Shown: piece by piece, positions 24,633 to 35,851 of the stretch
Layout: every line of letters starts with the position of its first letter
Numbering within the stretch: the first letter of the stretch is position 1
Assembly (NCBI RefSeq): GCF_006345805.1
Contig: NC_043018.1
Location: 18,662,001 to 18,726,000, forward strand
Direction of reading: 5' to 3'
Origin: Octopus sinensis
Lineage: Eukaryota
DNA: 64,000 bases
Notes under the pieces: model-generated
The model's input: the letters and a program-made list of their open reading frames with translations, nothing else
What the model was told of the DNA's origin: nothing
Database searches by the model: none
Made by a program: the position numbers and the translations under genes

Positions 24633-25980
24633 CAAAGATATCCGAAATGGCCAGCTTAATGCCTACATTAATGTCTTTCTGTTTTATTTGACATCTTAAA
24701 TTTCTTCACCATCACCACCACTACCACCAAAAAAAAAAAAAAAATTAGATAAAATAAAAGAAATGAAAACAGGAAAAAACTAAAAAAAACTATTGTTCTT
24801 TAAAATGTTCAATCTATTCTGGAAAAAAAAATACAAAAAATAAAAAAAAACAATCTTTTTTTTTTTTTAAATTCCTCCACATTATTTTGAAAATTGCTAT
24901 TATCAGAGATGGAGAAATCAGATATTTTGATAAATAATTTTCCTATCTCACAATTTTTGCTGTTATTTTTGTCTTGTGTTCATATTAACCTAAAGTTAAG
25001 AACAAAAGAAAATAACAAAAAAAATTGCTATTTTGTTTTGTTTGTTTGTTTGTTTCTTTTTTTTTTGTTTTTTTTTTTGCAAGTTGGGAATGTTGAGAAG
25101 AGCTATCACAAAAATAACTCTTTCTTAATACTTGAGGAATATTTAGCTCTCCATTTACGATTGTAATTTTTCTCAAAAGACATAGAAGAGAAGAACATGT
25201 TTTTATAGTCCCCATTCTTCACAAAATGTGTCATCAAAAGACAATGGCCATTTTTTTTCTTTTTACATAATGGCTACATAATAGCTAAATATGTTGTGAA
25301 ATATCCTGTGTGTAATGGAGGTCATGCCAAAAGCAGAAGTCTTGATTTGATCAAGATATCACACTAACAGCTCAGAAATTATAAGTTCAAATCCACAGAA
25401 CACCTATCCTTCATGGCCCTTGACTCATCAAGGAATATTACCACAATGCCTGGAAAAATTACCAGTGATGGACTCAGACTGTTCTTGGTATTAGCTTAAA
25501 CCCTTTAGCTTTAAAATTGTCCATATCTATCTCCGAAAATTCTGTCTGTTTTGTGTTCAAGCAGGCCAGGTCTGATCTCTCACACTTGCCTTACAATGTC
25601 ATTCTAAAACAAATAATCACATCAGCAATGTCTCAAAACTATGAGATAATGCATGATTATACAGTCGTGTATTTAAGAGATGAGGAATTTTTTTTTTATA
25701 CAATATGTGGTTGTCCTTGCATAGAGACATGTCCCCTGCATCCCTCTCTAGCAGAGAATTCCTAAGTTTGCAGGCTTGTGAGTGCTGGGGCTACAAAAAA
25801 AGCAAAGCACCATACCAGTGCTGTAATGTGGTTGGCATTAGGAAAGGCATCCAACCATTGAAACCATGCCAAAACAAACATGAGGCCTGGGCAGCTCCTC
25901 AGCTAGCCAGCTCCTGTCCAACCCATGCCAGCATGTAAACTGGATGTTAAGTGATGATGAGGATGACAACTTCACACTGT

Positions 25981-26467
25981 TCTCCCTCCATCCCTTTTAT
26001 TGAAATAGAACCCATCAACATCTCCCTCTGTTCGTAAAGCTCTGTAGATTGTCAATGGTTTCCCTGATTTCTGTCTATATTTCCATGATCATCCTTGGTC
26101 CATTTGATTATTCCAGTACGATATCCGATGATGGATATAGCTCTTCAATTTATGGCAGTGATGGCATTTATACCATTGTGTTTGGCTTTTAATATTCTGC
26201 TTATTCTTCAGAAACATTCTCTTCTGACTTTAACTTTCATTGTTCGATTCTTTCTGCCATCAGCTTCCAAGACTCCCAGACATTAATATTCATCATCCAT
26301 ATAAACCTCTAACGTCTTTCCCTCATCTGATAGATTTATTCCCTGACTTTTATGGTATTTCTCCTTTCTTCATCACGGAAGTTCCACACTTGAAATTACC
26401 AAATTCCATTCTGATATCATTGCTGAACACTTTCACAGTACTGACAAAAATCTCCAATTCCCTTTCA
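25981..26467 (-). mobile_element. R4/Dong-clade non-LTR retrotransposon RT fragment (decayed)
   Basis: VKVFSNDIRMEFG..KC / LGVLEAD / RILKAK.NG.NAI.AIN / GIIKWTK...DR / IYRAL....DVD..Y..KRDGGR, with stops and frameshifts. Confidence 0.82.
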
Positions 26468-26697
26468 GTGGCGAGCTGGCAGAATCGTTAGGACGGTGAG
26501 CGAAATGCTTAGCGGTATTTCGTCTGCCATTACGTTGTGAGTTCAAATCCCGCCGAGGTCGACTTTGCCTTTCATCCTTTCGGGGTCGATAAATTAAGTA
26601 CCAGTTACGCACTGGAGTCGATGTAATCAACTTAATATCTATGTCTGTCCTTGTTTGTCCCCTCTATGTTTAGCCCCTTGTGGGTAATAAAAGAAAC
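26468..26697 (+). mobile_element. Full-length SINE family A
   Basis: gcgagctggcagaatcgttag head, gagttcaaatccc B-box, conserved core, gccccttgtgggtaataaaagaaa tail. Confidence 0.88.
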
Positions 26698-27171
26698 AGG
26701 TAAAATGTAACTTGAGGCCATCCTTAAATAAAAAACGGTTAAACTATCTCCTGGTCTTTTCCTAGAATTACAGGTGTGTGGCTCAGTGGTTAGCGTATTC
26801 AACTCAGGATTGTAAGGTTACGGGTTCAATTCCTAATGGCAGGTTGTATCCTTGAGCAAGACACTTTATTTCATGTCACAGCAGTCCACTCAGCCGCCAA
26901 ACCTGAGTTATACCTGTAATTCAAAGGAATTACAGGTCTTTTACTTTTCTCACTTCTAGCAACAAGTGTTACAAGAACAACAACAAACGGTAGAGATGAT
27001 AGGAAGATGCAGTAATTGAGTTTGACTTTTCCAAGTGAATGACTTCCTGCTGTTAGTTCCATTTCACATTTACCATCTTTACTAGTTTACTAGTTTAGTA
27101 ATGTTATTGGCAGTTTTGAACATTCTGAATGTCATCAAGATCCAAAAATAGGGTACCCCTAGTCATAACTC

Positions 27172-27350
27172 TTCTTATTTCTTTATTTCCCACAAGGGGA
27201 TAAACATAGAGAGGACAAACAAGGACAGACAAAGGGATTAAGTCGATTACATTGACCCCAGTGCAAAACTGGTATTTATTTAATCGACCCTGAAAGGATG
27301 AAAGGCTAAATCGACCTAAGTGGAATTTGAACTCAGAATGTAGTGGCAGG
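27172..27350 (-). mobile_element. 5'-truncated SINE family A
   Basis: Reverse complement of the family A core and tail. Confidence 0.8.
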
Positions 27351-28113
27351 CAAAACAATAGGTGATCCATGGTTCGGATCAAGCGGAACCCTCCTCGTTC
27401 ATAACTGACAAACTGCCAGCTTCAAATTTCTCTCCTCCTATCTCAGTTTATGTGTGTTAGTATCTACCTATGTTTGTATACAGGTGTAATGCGTCTCTCT
27501 CACTCTCTCTATCTGTGCTTGTACATGCACGTGTGTGTGTCTGTGTGTGTGAGAGAGAGAGAGTGTGTGTGTATATTTGCCTCCAATGTTAAGAAGAACA
27601 GCCATCAAAATAGCTTGACTGTCCAATCAGCTGTGAATCCAAACACCTGTGACCGATCGCCTCATTTCAGTCGGAGGAGTAGTAGCAGAAGTGGTGGGCT
27701 GCAAAGGCAGGTAAACGGAGGAGGAACAAAACAAAAACCTTAAAAAGAAAAACAATAGAAGACAGAGAAGAAAGCATCAAGAGCTTGAGATGGGATGCGA
27801 GAGTCAACTGCAGTTTTTTCTTAAAGAAGATGCACAAAGGGAACGGAACGAAAAGTCATTAAAACAGAAGAAAGGAAACACGATGCGAAGAATGGAAAGA
27901 AAGGAATAAATGTTGTCAACGAGGGAGAGAAGCAAAGAAAGACAGCAAAGTTAGCAAAAACATTTTGAGAATGGAATAAGGGACCAAAATAACCAGAAGA
28001 GACTGTTTGGAAAATTGCGGGGAGTCAAAAGACACAACGATGAAGTACCAGATGCAGGAAGAAATAGAATGTTATAGAGGGATATATATATATATATACC
28101 TTATATATATATA

Positions 28114-28145
<32 letters not shown>

Positions 28146-28281
28146 CTTATGTAGGATAAGATTTTTTTTCTTTTGCGAAAAAAAATTTTATCAATGGCCA
28201 GCATATTAAAAAATATCTTTAAAGGTTAAATTTATATAATTCCGAAATAAGGGTAAACGAAAAAATTTCTAATGCCAAATA

Positions 28282-28444
28282 TGCCGAAAAATTGGATACA
28301 CTGTCCATTAACCATGGAGTTAACCCTGAAATTGGTCCGATGTGGTAATAATGGAATTTTTTAGAAATTTCTGTCGACCTTTTTTCGAGTAGTGTGCATA
28401 TTGTGAAAAAATTATATGGTTAATGAACAGTGTGTCCAATTTTT

Positions 28445-28449
<5 letters not shown>
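28282..28449. mobile_element. 168-bp TA-flanked MITE-like element
   Basis: tgccgaaaaattggatacactgtccattaaccat / atggttaatgaacagtgtgtccaatttttcggca: 34-bp TIRs with 2 mismatches. TA on both sides; the right side abuts (TA)n. Confidence 0.75.
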
Positions 28450-28488
<39 letters not shown>

Positions 28489-28504
28489 TATATATATATA
28501 TATA

Positions 28505-28935
28505 CCTTATATATTAAAAGGCAAGTTGTCTGTCTGTGTGTCGTGTGAACCACTTCTGCTCCTACAATATTTAACCGAATTTCACCAAATTGACTTAGGA
28601 CGTGTTTTCTTATAATTTTTTTCCTTGAAATTCCATGCCCCCTACATAAATAGACTACTCTCAATTCGCCTAGGATTTGAGCCCATCACGTCTATGCAAC
28701 GGTATGCGTACAATTTTCAGTGCTTCCTTAGAAGTGCACCTCTCCAAGAAAATGATGCCTAATTTCTAAAAAAATTATGAAAATGGGAAATATATCCAAA
28801 ATAAATGCAGAATGGAAAAAATTACAAGTCACAAGGCCAAACTTTCCTGAAAGTTTCATGCAAATCCATCCAGCAGTTCTTGAGATATCTTGTCCACAGA
28901 CAAACAAACAAACACCACTGAAAACAATACCCCTG
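28505..28935 (+). mobile_element. Probable non-autonomous Helitron/Helentron-type relic
   Basis: tatattaaaaggcaagttgtctgtctgtgtgtc start and tttcatgcaaatccatccagcagttcttgagatatc...acagacaaacaaacaaac end resemble such elements. Family assignment is from memory only. Confidence 0.35.
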
Positions 28936-28994
28936 TTTTTGCTAAGGTGGAGGTAATAATAATAACAATCATTATTATTATCGTAGCTGTGATA

Positions 28995-29935
28995 CTAGTG
29001 CCGGTGGCACATAAGAGAACCATCCAAACGTGGCCGGATCCAGCGCCACCCCAACTTGCTTCCGTGTCAGTGGCACGTAAAAAGCACCATCTGATCGTGG
29101 CCATTGCCAGCCTCGCCTGACCTCCATGCCGGTGGCACGTAAAAAGCACCATCCCATCGTGGCTGATTTCCAGCCTCGCCTGGCCTCCGTGCTGGTGGCA
29201 CGTACAAAGCACCATCTAATCATGGCCGTTGCCAGCCTCGCCTGGCCTCTGTGCTGGTGGCACGTAAAAAGTACCATCCGATCGTGGCTGTTGCCAGCCT
29301 CGCCTGGCCTCTGTGCCGGTGGCACGTAAAAAGCACCATCCCATCGTGGCCATTTGCCAGCCTCGCCTGGCCTCCGTGCTGGTGGCACGTACAAAGCACC
29401 ATCTAATCATGGCCGTTGCCAGCCTCGCCTGGCCTCCGTGCTGGTGGAACGTAAAAAGTACCATCCGATCGTGGCTGTTGCCAGCCTCGCCTGGCCTCTG
29501 TGCCGGTGGCACGTAAAAAGCACCATCCCATCGTGGCTGATTTCCAGCCTCGCCTGGCCTCCGTGCTGGTGGCACGTACAAAGCACCATCTAATCATGGC
29601 CGTTGCCAGCCTCGCCTGGCCTCTGTGCTGGTGGCACGTAAAAAGTACCATCCGATCGTGGCTGTTGCCAGCCTCGCCTGGCCTCTGTGCCGGTGGCACG
29701 TAAAAAGCACCATCCCATCGTGGCCATTTGCCAGCCTTGTCTGGCACCTGTGCCAGTGGCATGTAAAAAGCACCCACTACACTCATGGAGTGGTTGGCGT
29801 TAGGAAGGGCATCCAGCCGTAGAAACACTGCCAGATCAGACTGGGCCTGGTGCAGCCTTCTGGCTTCCCAGACCCCAGTTGCACCGTCCAACCCATGCTA
29901 GCATGGAAAGCGGACGCTAAACGACGAACGATGAT
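28995..29935 (+). mobile_element. Family C retroposon with an internal array of 13 ~62-bp subunits (187-bp higher-order period)
   Basis: Subunit variants A/B/C repeat in order; ORF offsets 29126/29313/29500 confirm the 187-bp period. Normal family C 3' end. Confidence 0.9.
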
Positions 29936-30311
29936 CCTTATTGTTGTTGTTGTTGTTCTGGTTGATATTTAGACTTGAGCACCATAATCATACCTCTGAC
30001 ACGGATTATTATCCTGCCCCACCATTATAAAGTTTCTGCATGATTTCCCAGCGCCAGTGGAATGGTTGCTGCTTAGGCTGTCATCACTGCCGTTGGCATC
30101 ATATATAGGCACAAGTACCAGTCATGAACTGATATTGATTTCATCGATTGAACTCTCCCAAAATCAATATCCACCACTCGGCTCTTCTCACAACACCACA
30201 AAACCGTTATTATTTGCAGAAAGCTTTCCAGGAATCCTTTCCTTTTTTTTTGTTTTCTTTTCCCCAATTTATTTTCCCCATTCTCTACATAAGATCTTTC
30301 AACCCTTTCTC

Positions 30312-30730
30312 ACACACACACATGCATACACACACTTATGCATATACAGGCGTATGTATACACGTACATGCACATACATATACACTCATACATACACAAG
30401 TCCTTGAGTAGACATACAACATACACACAGATACACATACATACAGATGAGCACAAGAGACACACACATACACATGCACACACAAAGTGACAGGCATACA
30501 CACACACACGACAGATACACATACACACATGCATACACACACTTATGCATATACAGGCGTATGTATGCACATACATGCACATACATATACACTCATACAT
30601 ACATACACAAGTCCTTGCATAGACGTACAACATACACATACACAAAATAGACACACACAAGAAACACACACACACACACATGCATGCACACACAAAGTGA
30701 CAAACATATACACACAACAGACACACTCAC
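30312..30730. repeat. ~210-bp CA-rich tandem duplication
   Basis: catgcatacacacacttatgcatatacaggcgtatgtat...cacaagtccttg...cacacaaagtgaca occurs twice. Confidence 0.75.
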
Positions 30731-31294
30731 ACACACGACATACACACACAACACACACACACACATAAACACAACACCTTATGACCCAACCAATCCCCAC
30801 CAGTCACCCCCTCCCCACCCTACTCCTCACACAGAAAGACCCTATTTGCTCAAAACACACAAGGTACCCAGGAGGCCGCCCCTCCCACTGTCAACAGTTT
30901 CTCCTCCTCCTCCTCCCACCAACACTATTCAGTTTTCCCCACCCCCTCTACTTCAGCTTCAAATATTATTTGACTATTTATAGCCTATCTTAACCTGTTC
31001 CCAAATTACTGAGACCTGCTGCTGCTGCTACTACTACTACTACTACTATTACTACTACTACTACTGGTTCTGTCAATTCAAAGGCAATAATGGTTTCTCT
31101 TCACAAGGAATAAAGGCAAATTTACATTGTAAATAGTTATGGAACCCAAATCCCAGTTCAACACAAAATCAAAGACAGGACAACGAAAAACACAAACAGA
31201 CACACGCATACACAAACACACACACACATACACACACCCAAGCGCACACACATACAAGCGCACACACACACACACACGTATCAACATATTCTTT

Positions 31295-31762
31295 TATTCT
31301 TTTATTCTTTTACTTGTTTCAGTCATTTGACTGTGGCCATGCTGGAGCACTGCCTTTAGTTAAGCAAGTTGACCCCAGGACTTATTCTCTGTAAGCCTTG
31401 TACTTATTCTATCAGAATTCTTTTTGCCGAACTGCTAAATTACGGGGATGTAAACACACCAGCATTGGTTGTGAAGCGATGTTGGGGGGACAAACACACA
31501 AACATATACATACATATATATACATATACATAATATCCCATAGTGGGTTACATTCATAACCCCTATCTTACTTTGTACTACATATATATATATATATATA
31601 TAAATGACGGGCTTCTTTCAGTTTCCATCTATCAAATACACTCACAAGGCTTTGGTCAGCCCGAGGCTATAGTAAAAGATACTTGCCCAAGGTACCATGC
31701 AGTGAGACTGAACCCAGAACCATGTGGTTGGTAAGCAAGCTACTTACCACACAGCCACTCTT
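31295..31762 (-). mobile_element. SINE family B
   Basis: ttcttttacttgtttcagtcatttgactgtggccatgctggagcac ... ccatgtggttggtaagcaagctacttaccacacagcc. Confidence 0.85.
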
Positions 31763-31877
31763 GCATCTATCATCATCATTATCATCATCGTTTAATGTCA
31801 GGCTTTCTTAAATATTTTACTTGTTTCAGCCATTGGATTGTGGCCATGCTGGGGCACCACCTTGAATGGTTTAATCT

Positions 31878-32185
31878 AGTGGTTCTCAAATGGTGTCAAT
31901 ATAAAATTTGGCGGTGGGGGGGGCTCCAGTCAAGCAAAATAGTATTCTAAGGCTACACAGAAAAGTTTTACATTAGATGTATTTTATAACAAAAAACAGC
32001 AGGGTTTCTTTCTCTAATATTTTACATGGTTCAGCGGACACATGGGAATGTGTGGAGGGCAAAACAGGAATTTTCAAAGAAATTTCCATAAAACTAGTTT
32101 TTAAACATCAAATGGCTTTGGTGGGGTCCACCAGAATGAAATAGTATTGAAAGGGGTCCTTAGGTAAAAAAAAAATGGTTGGGAA
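31878..32185 (+). mobile_element. hAT-like MITE family D (other copies near 20452, 21150, 21965, 62175)
   Basis: Ends tagtggttctcaa / atggttgggaacta resemble CAG(T/G)GGTTCTCAACC hAT TIRs; the internal ataaaactagtttttaaacat...gggtccaccagaatgaaatagta block is shared. Confidence 0.5.
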
Positions 32186-32524
32186 CTAATTGTTTAGTGG
32201 ATCGAATTGACCTTTGTACTTATTTTAGTTTTAAACTCTAGTACTTATTCTATCAACCCCTTTTGCTGAACTGCCAAGTTACAGGAACATAAACAAACCA
32301 ACACTGATAATTATGGGGTGGGAGGGATGGACAAACACAAACACTGATATGCACACATATACATATATACAAAAACATACATATATATATACAAATACAT
32401 ATATATATAGGGTGGCGAATACTCGTTATAAATATCACCACCAGTGACCTAGCATGTGTAAAAAGTCAATAGACAACATATTCATATTTCAAAATAGAAA
32501 ATTACCCTTTAACAGGTAATTTTG

Positions 32525-32588
32525 CATGCTAGAAATAGCAGCCAACATGGCCAAAAACCACAATTTTATGGCTGCTATTTCTAGCATG
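32525..32588. other. 64-nt hairpin with a perfect 20-bp stem
   Basis: catgctagaaatagcagcca (32525-32544) / tggctgctatttctagcatg (32569-32588), 24-nt loop. Confidence 0.9.
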
Positions 32589-32871
32589 TATTTTGAAATA
32601 CGTATATACAAATACACATATATATATATATACTCTTCTGTATTTAAATAATAATAAAGTAAATAAAAACAAAACAAAAAAAATCAGATGCTGGCTTGAC
32701 TGAGAGGTTACAAACCGGCATTGCAGTCATGAAGTTTCCAGTTCAAACCCACTGCATGGCACCTTGGACAGGATGTTTGGCTCCTATTATAGTTCCAGGC
32801 TAACTGATGCTGTGTGAGTGAATTTGGTCAATGGAAACTCTGTGGAAGGCAATCATGTATATGTCTCTGTA

Positions 32872-32932
<61 letters not shown>

Positions 32933-33334
32933 TGTTTGTTTGTGTTCTCGTCTTGATATCAAATGCCGATTGTTAACAAACATCCCCATCATTAGCAGGT
33001 GATTTGTTTGATTGTAATCTCCTGTGGAAAGTAAGTCCAGACTGAGCCAAAATATTCCGTTGCTTGGAAACGAGTGTCGGCAACAGGAAGTGCATCCAGT
33101 CGCAGAAACATCTGCCTCGACTAATTTCATTTCACTCGTGCAAGCACAGAGACAGAAAATAAATAGACACACAGACAATGAAAATGAGAATGATGACAAT
33201 GATGACGATAGTGATAGTGGTGGTGGTGGTGGTGGAAAGAGGAAGAGGAGGATGGTGGTGGTGATAATGACAATAAATGTGGAGTTGGTAATGTTGATGA
33301 TGATGACGATGATTATGATGATAATGATAATGAA

Positions 33335-33560
33335 GGCAGCGAGCTGGCAGAACCGTTAGCACGCCGGGCGAAATGCGTAGCCGTATTTCGTCTGCCGTTA
33401 CGTTCTGAGTTCAAATTCTGCCGAGGTCGACCTTGCCTTTCATCCTTTCGGGGTCCATAAATTAAGGACCAGTTGTGCACTGGGGTCGATGTAATCGACT
33501 TGATCCGTTTATCTGTCCTTGTTTGTTCCCTCTGTGTTTAGCCCCTTGTGGGTAATAAAG
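33335..33560 (+). mobile_element. Full-length SINE family A
   Basis: gcgagctggcagaaccgttagcacgccgggcg...gagttcaaattctgccgaggtcgac...gccccttgtgggtaataaagaaa. Confidence 0.88.
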
Positions 33561-34282
33561 AAACAGATAATGATAATGATGGTGGTGGTGGTGATGATGA
33601 CAATAATTCTAGAGGTGATGATGGTGATGATGATGGAAACATTATTCGTGAAGGTTGGAGGGTATATCACCTGAAACGTGTTAACAACAAACAAGATGAG
33701 GACAAATATCCATCAAATGTAAATAACGTATAAAAGTACCAGTTGTCCACTGGGGTTAGGGGTTACTGTAATCGACCTCCCACCATCTTTGACTGAATCA
33801 CTCATTTACATAATGACTATCGTCATCATTAAAGAATGCAATTTTTTTAAAGACTAAAATCTTCTTAGATTCCTAAATCAAGTCTGCTGCTACCCCCTTT
33901 ATTAACATAACCCTAATCCTCATTATTTTAGAGATTCCGACATAATTCTTTGTTTGAAATCTTTTCTACTTAAAAATAAACTTGGCATATTTACCTTATC
34001 AAAAGACTGATTGTTTGTGTTTTTTTAATTCTATTTTAGCCCCATGGAGCCTTTGATGTTTTATCGAAAATTAAGCTGTTATATTCTTCATAGAGGAAAT
34101 AAAAAAAAAAAACAATAATGGTTCTTTCTTCAATGGCACCAGACCAATTCTTGAAGATCTTTTACGGCAATATGGATAAATGATGATGCTGTATTAATGT
34201 TGCTATTGTTGTTGGTGTTGTTTAGACCCAAGCATATCATAATTTAACCAACTTTTAAAACTAAGGTGTACCAAGTATTCTT

Positions 34283-34708
34283 CTACTCTTTTACTTGTCT
34301 CAGTCATCTGACCACGGCCATGCTGGAGCACCACCTTTAATCGAGCAACTTATTCCTTTTGTAAGCCCCCGGGACTTACTCCTTTTGTAAGCCCAGTACT
34401 TATTCTATCAGTCTCTTTTGCCGAACCGCTAAGTAACAGGGACATAAACACACCAGCATCAGTTGTCAAGCAATGCTAGGGGGACATACGCAGACACACA
34501 AACACACACACGCATATATATATATATGTATGTATATACATATATACGACGGGCTTCTTTTAGTTTCCGTCTACCAAATCCACTCACAAGGCTTTGGTCG
34601 GCCCGAGGCTATAGTAGAAGACACTTGCCCAAGGTGCCATGCAGTGGGACTGAACCCGGAACCATGTGGTTGGTAAACAAGCTACTAACCACAGCCACTC
34701 CTGCACCT
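34283..34708 (-). mobile_element. SINE family B
   Basis: Same layout as 23901-24323. Confidence 0.85.
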
Positions 34709-35088
34709 ATAGTAGGTTCATTGTGTCTTGCTTTTAGGTATTGTCTATCTTGGATTATTCTAGCCAATGTGTGATTCCATTTTTTTTTTTTTAAACAGTT
34801 GGATAAATTTTGAGAGGAAGCCGGCTGTTACTTCTAGCATAACAAACAGACAAAAATGCTATTTCCCTTGTTGACTCAATTAACCACCGCTGCCCCACCC
34901 ACATCATCATCATCGGCAGCAGCAGAATTTTTAACATCTGTTTTCCTATGCTTGCATGATGCCCGAGATCCTAGAAGACACACAGACAGACAGAACGGAT
35001 TTTATATAAGAGATATTACAACAGAGGCTTGGCCTCAATACCCTCAGTCGACCATGTTTCTCTTGGGCAGCAAAGAAAAGGATGTGTG

Positions 35089-35486
35089 TGATTAAGATGA
35101 TTAATATGATTGAGATGATTAATATGATTAATATGATTAATATGATTAATATGATTGAGCGGATTAATATGATTAATATGATTAATATGATTAATATGAT
35201 TGAGCTGATTAATATGATTAATATGATTAATATGATTGAGCTGATTAATATGATTAATATGATTAATATGATCGAGATGATTAATATGATTAATATGATT
35301 AAGATGATTAATATGATTAATATGATTAATATGATTAAGATGATTAATATGATTAATATGATTAAGATGATTAATATGATTAAGATGATTAATATGATTG
35401 AGATGATTAATATGATTAATATGATTAATATGATTGAGCTGATTAATATGATTAATATGATTAATATGATTAAGATGATTGAGCTG
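35089..35486. repeat. 9-bp minisatellite (ATGATTAAT)n, ~44 units, with AAG/GAG and CTG variants
   Basis: Direct reading. The MINMIN... ORF at 35082 is its translation. Confidence 0.95.
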
Positions 35487-35658
35487 TTTTTATATGAAAC
35501 TTCAGTCTGAATCTGACAAGTTCAGAATTGAGGGTATTGAAGACGTTTGTATAAATGACCACAAGGTATTGTGAATGTGGTCCCCCCTCATGCCACATCA
35601 GTGGAGGGATCAGAAGATAAGAGAGGATGCCCATAGAATTAAACAGACACAAACTTAC

Positions 35659-35851
35659 CAATATTCATGGAAGTCAAATGTTATGTAGATGAGGTCTTTG
35701 GAGTTGAAATCTAGAATTCGGTCCAAGTAGGCACTTCCAATCACTTGTTCCTTACCGGTCAGTTCGACCAAAGTAATGACGGCAATCTTTTCATAAATGT
35801 TCAACTGTTCTTCAAAATGCTTCAAGAATGCATTGCGATTCTCTTGTTCAT
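35659..35851 (-). CDS. INPP5F: Internal exon of phosphatidylinositide phosphatase SAC2 (Sac1 domain)
   Basis: Translates (D)EQENRNAFLKHFEEQLNIYEKIAVITLVELTGKEQVIGSAYLDRILDFNSKDLIYITFDFHEY(C). This matches my recollection of human INPP5F HFEEQLNIYKKQVIINLVDQAGREKIIGDAYLKQVLLFNNSHLTYVSFDFHEHC better than SAC1. Acceptor tttgattccAG with a pyrimidine tract; donor tg|GTAAGT. 193 nt, phase 1 in and phase 2 out. Confidence 0.95.

Noticed and set aside
26468-26560. tRNA gene (A/B-box-like motifs, also in other SINE heads)
   Set aside because: No cloverleaf could be drawn, and the sequence continues into a SINE core and tail.
27600-28080. Purine-rich stretch resembling a coding or TE segment
   Set aside because: Multiple stops, no motif, and no second copy in the window to define it.
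28995-29770. CRISPR-like appearance of the regular ~62-bp repeats
   Set aside because: No unique spacers, eukaryotic context, and the units are the internal repeat of a retroposon.
35082-35510. 142-aa MINMIN ORF
   Set aside because: Translation of the 9-bp array; antisense to INPP5F with no other coding evidence.
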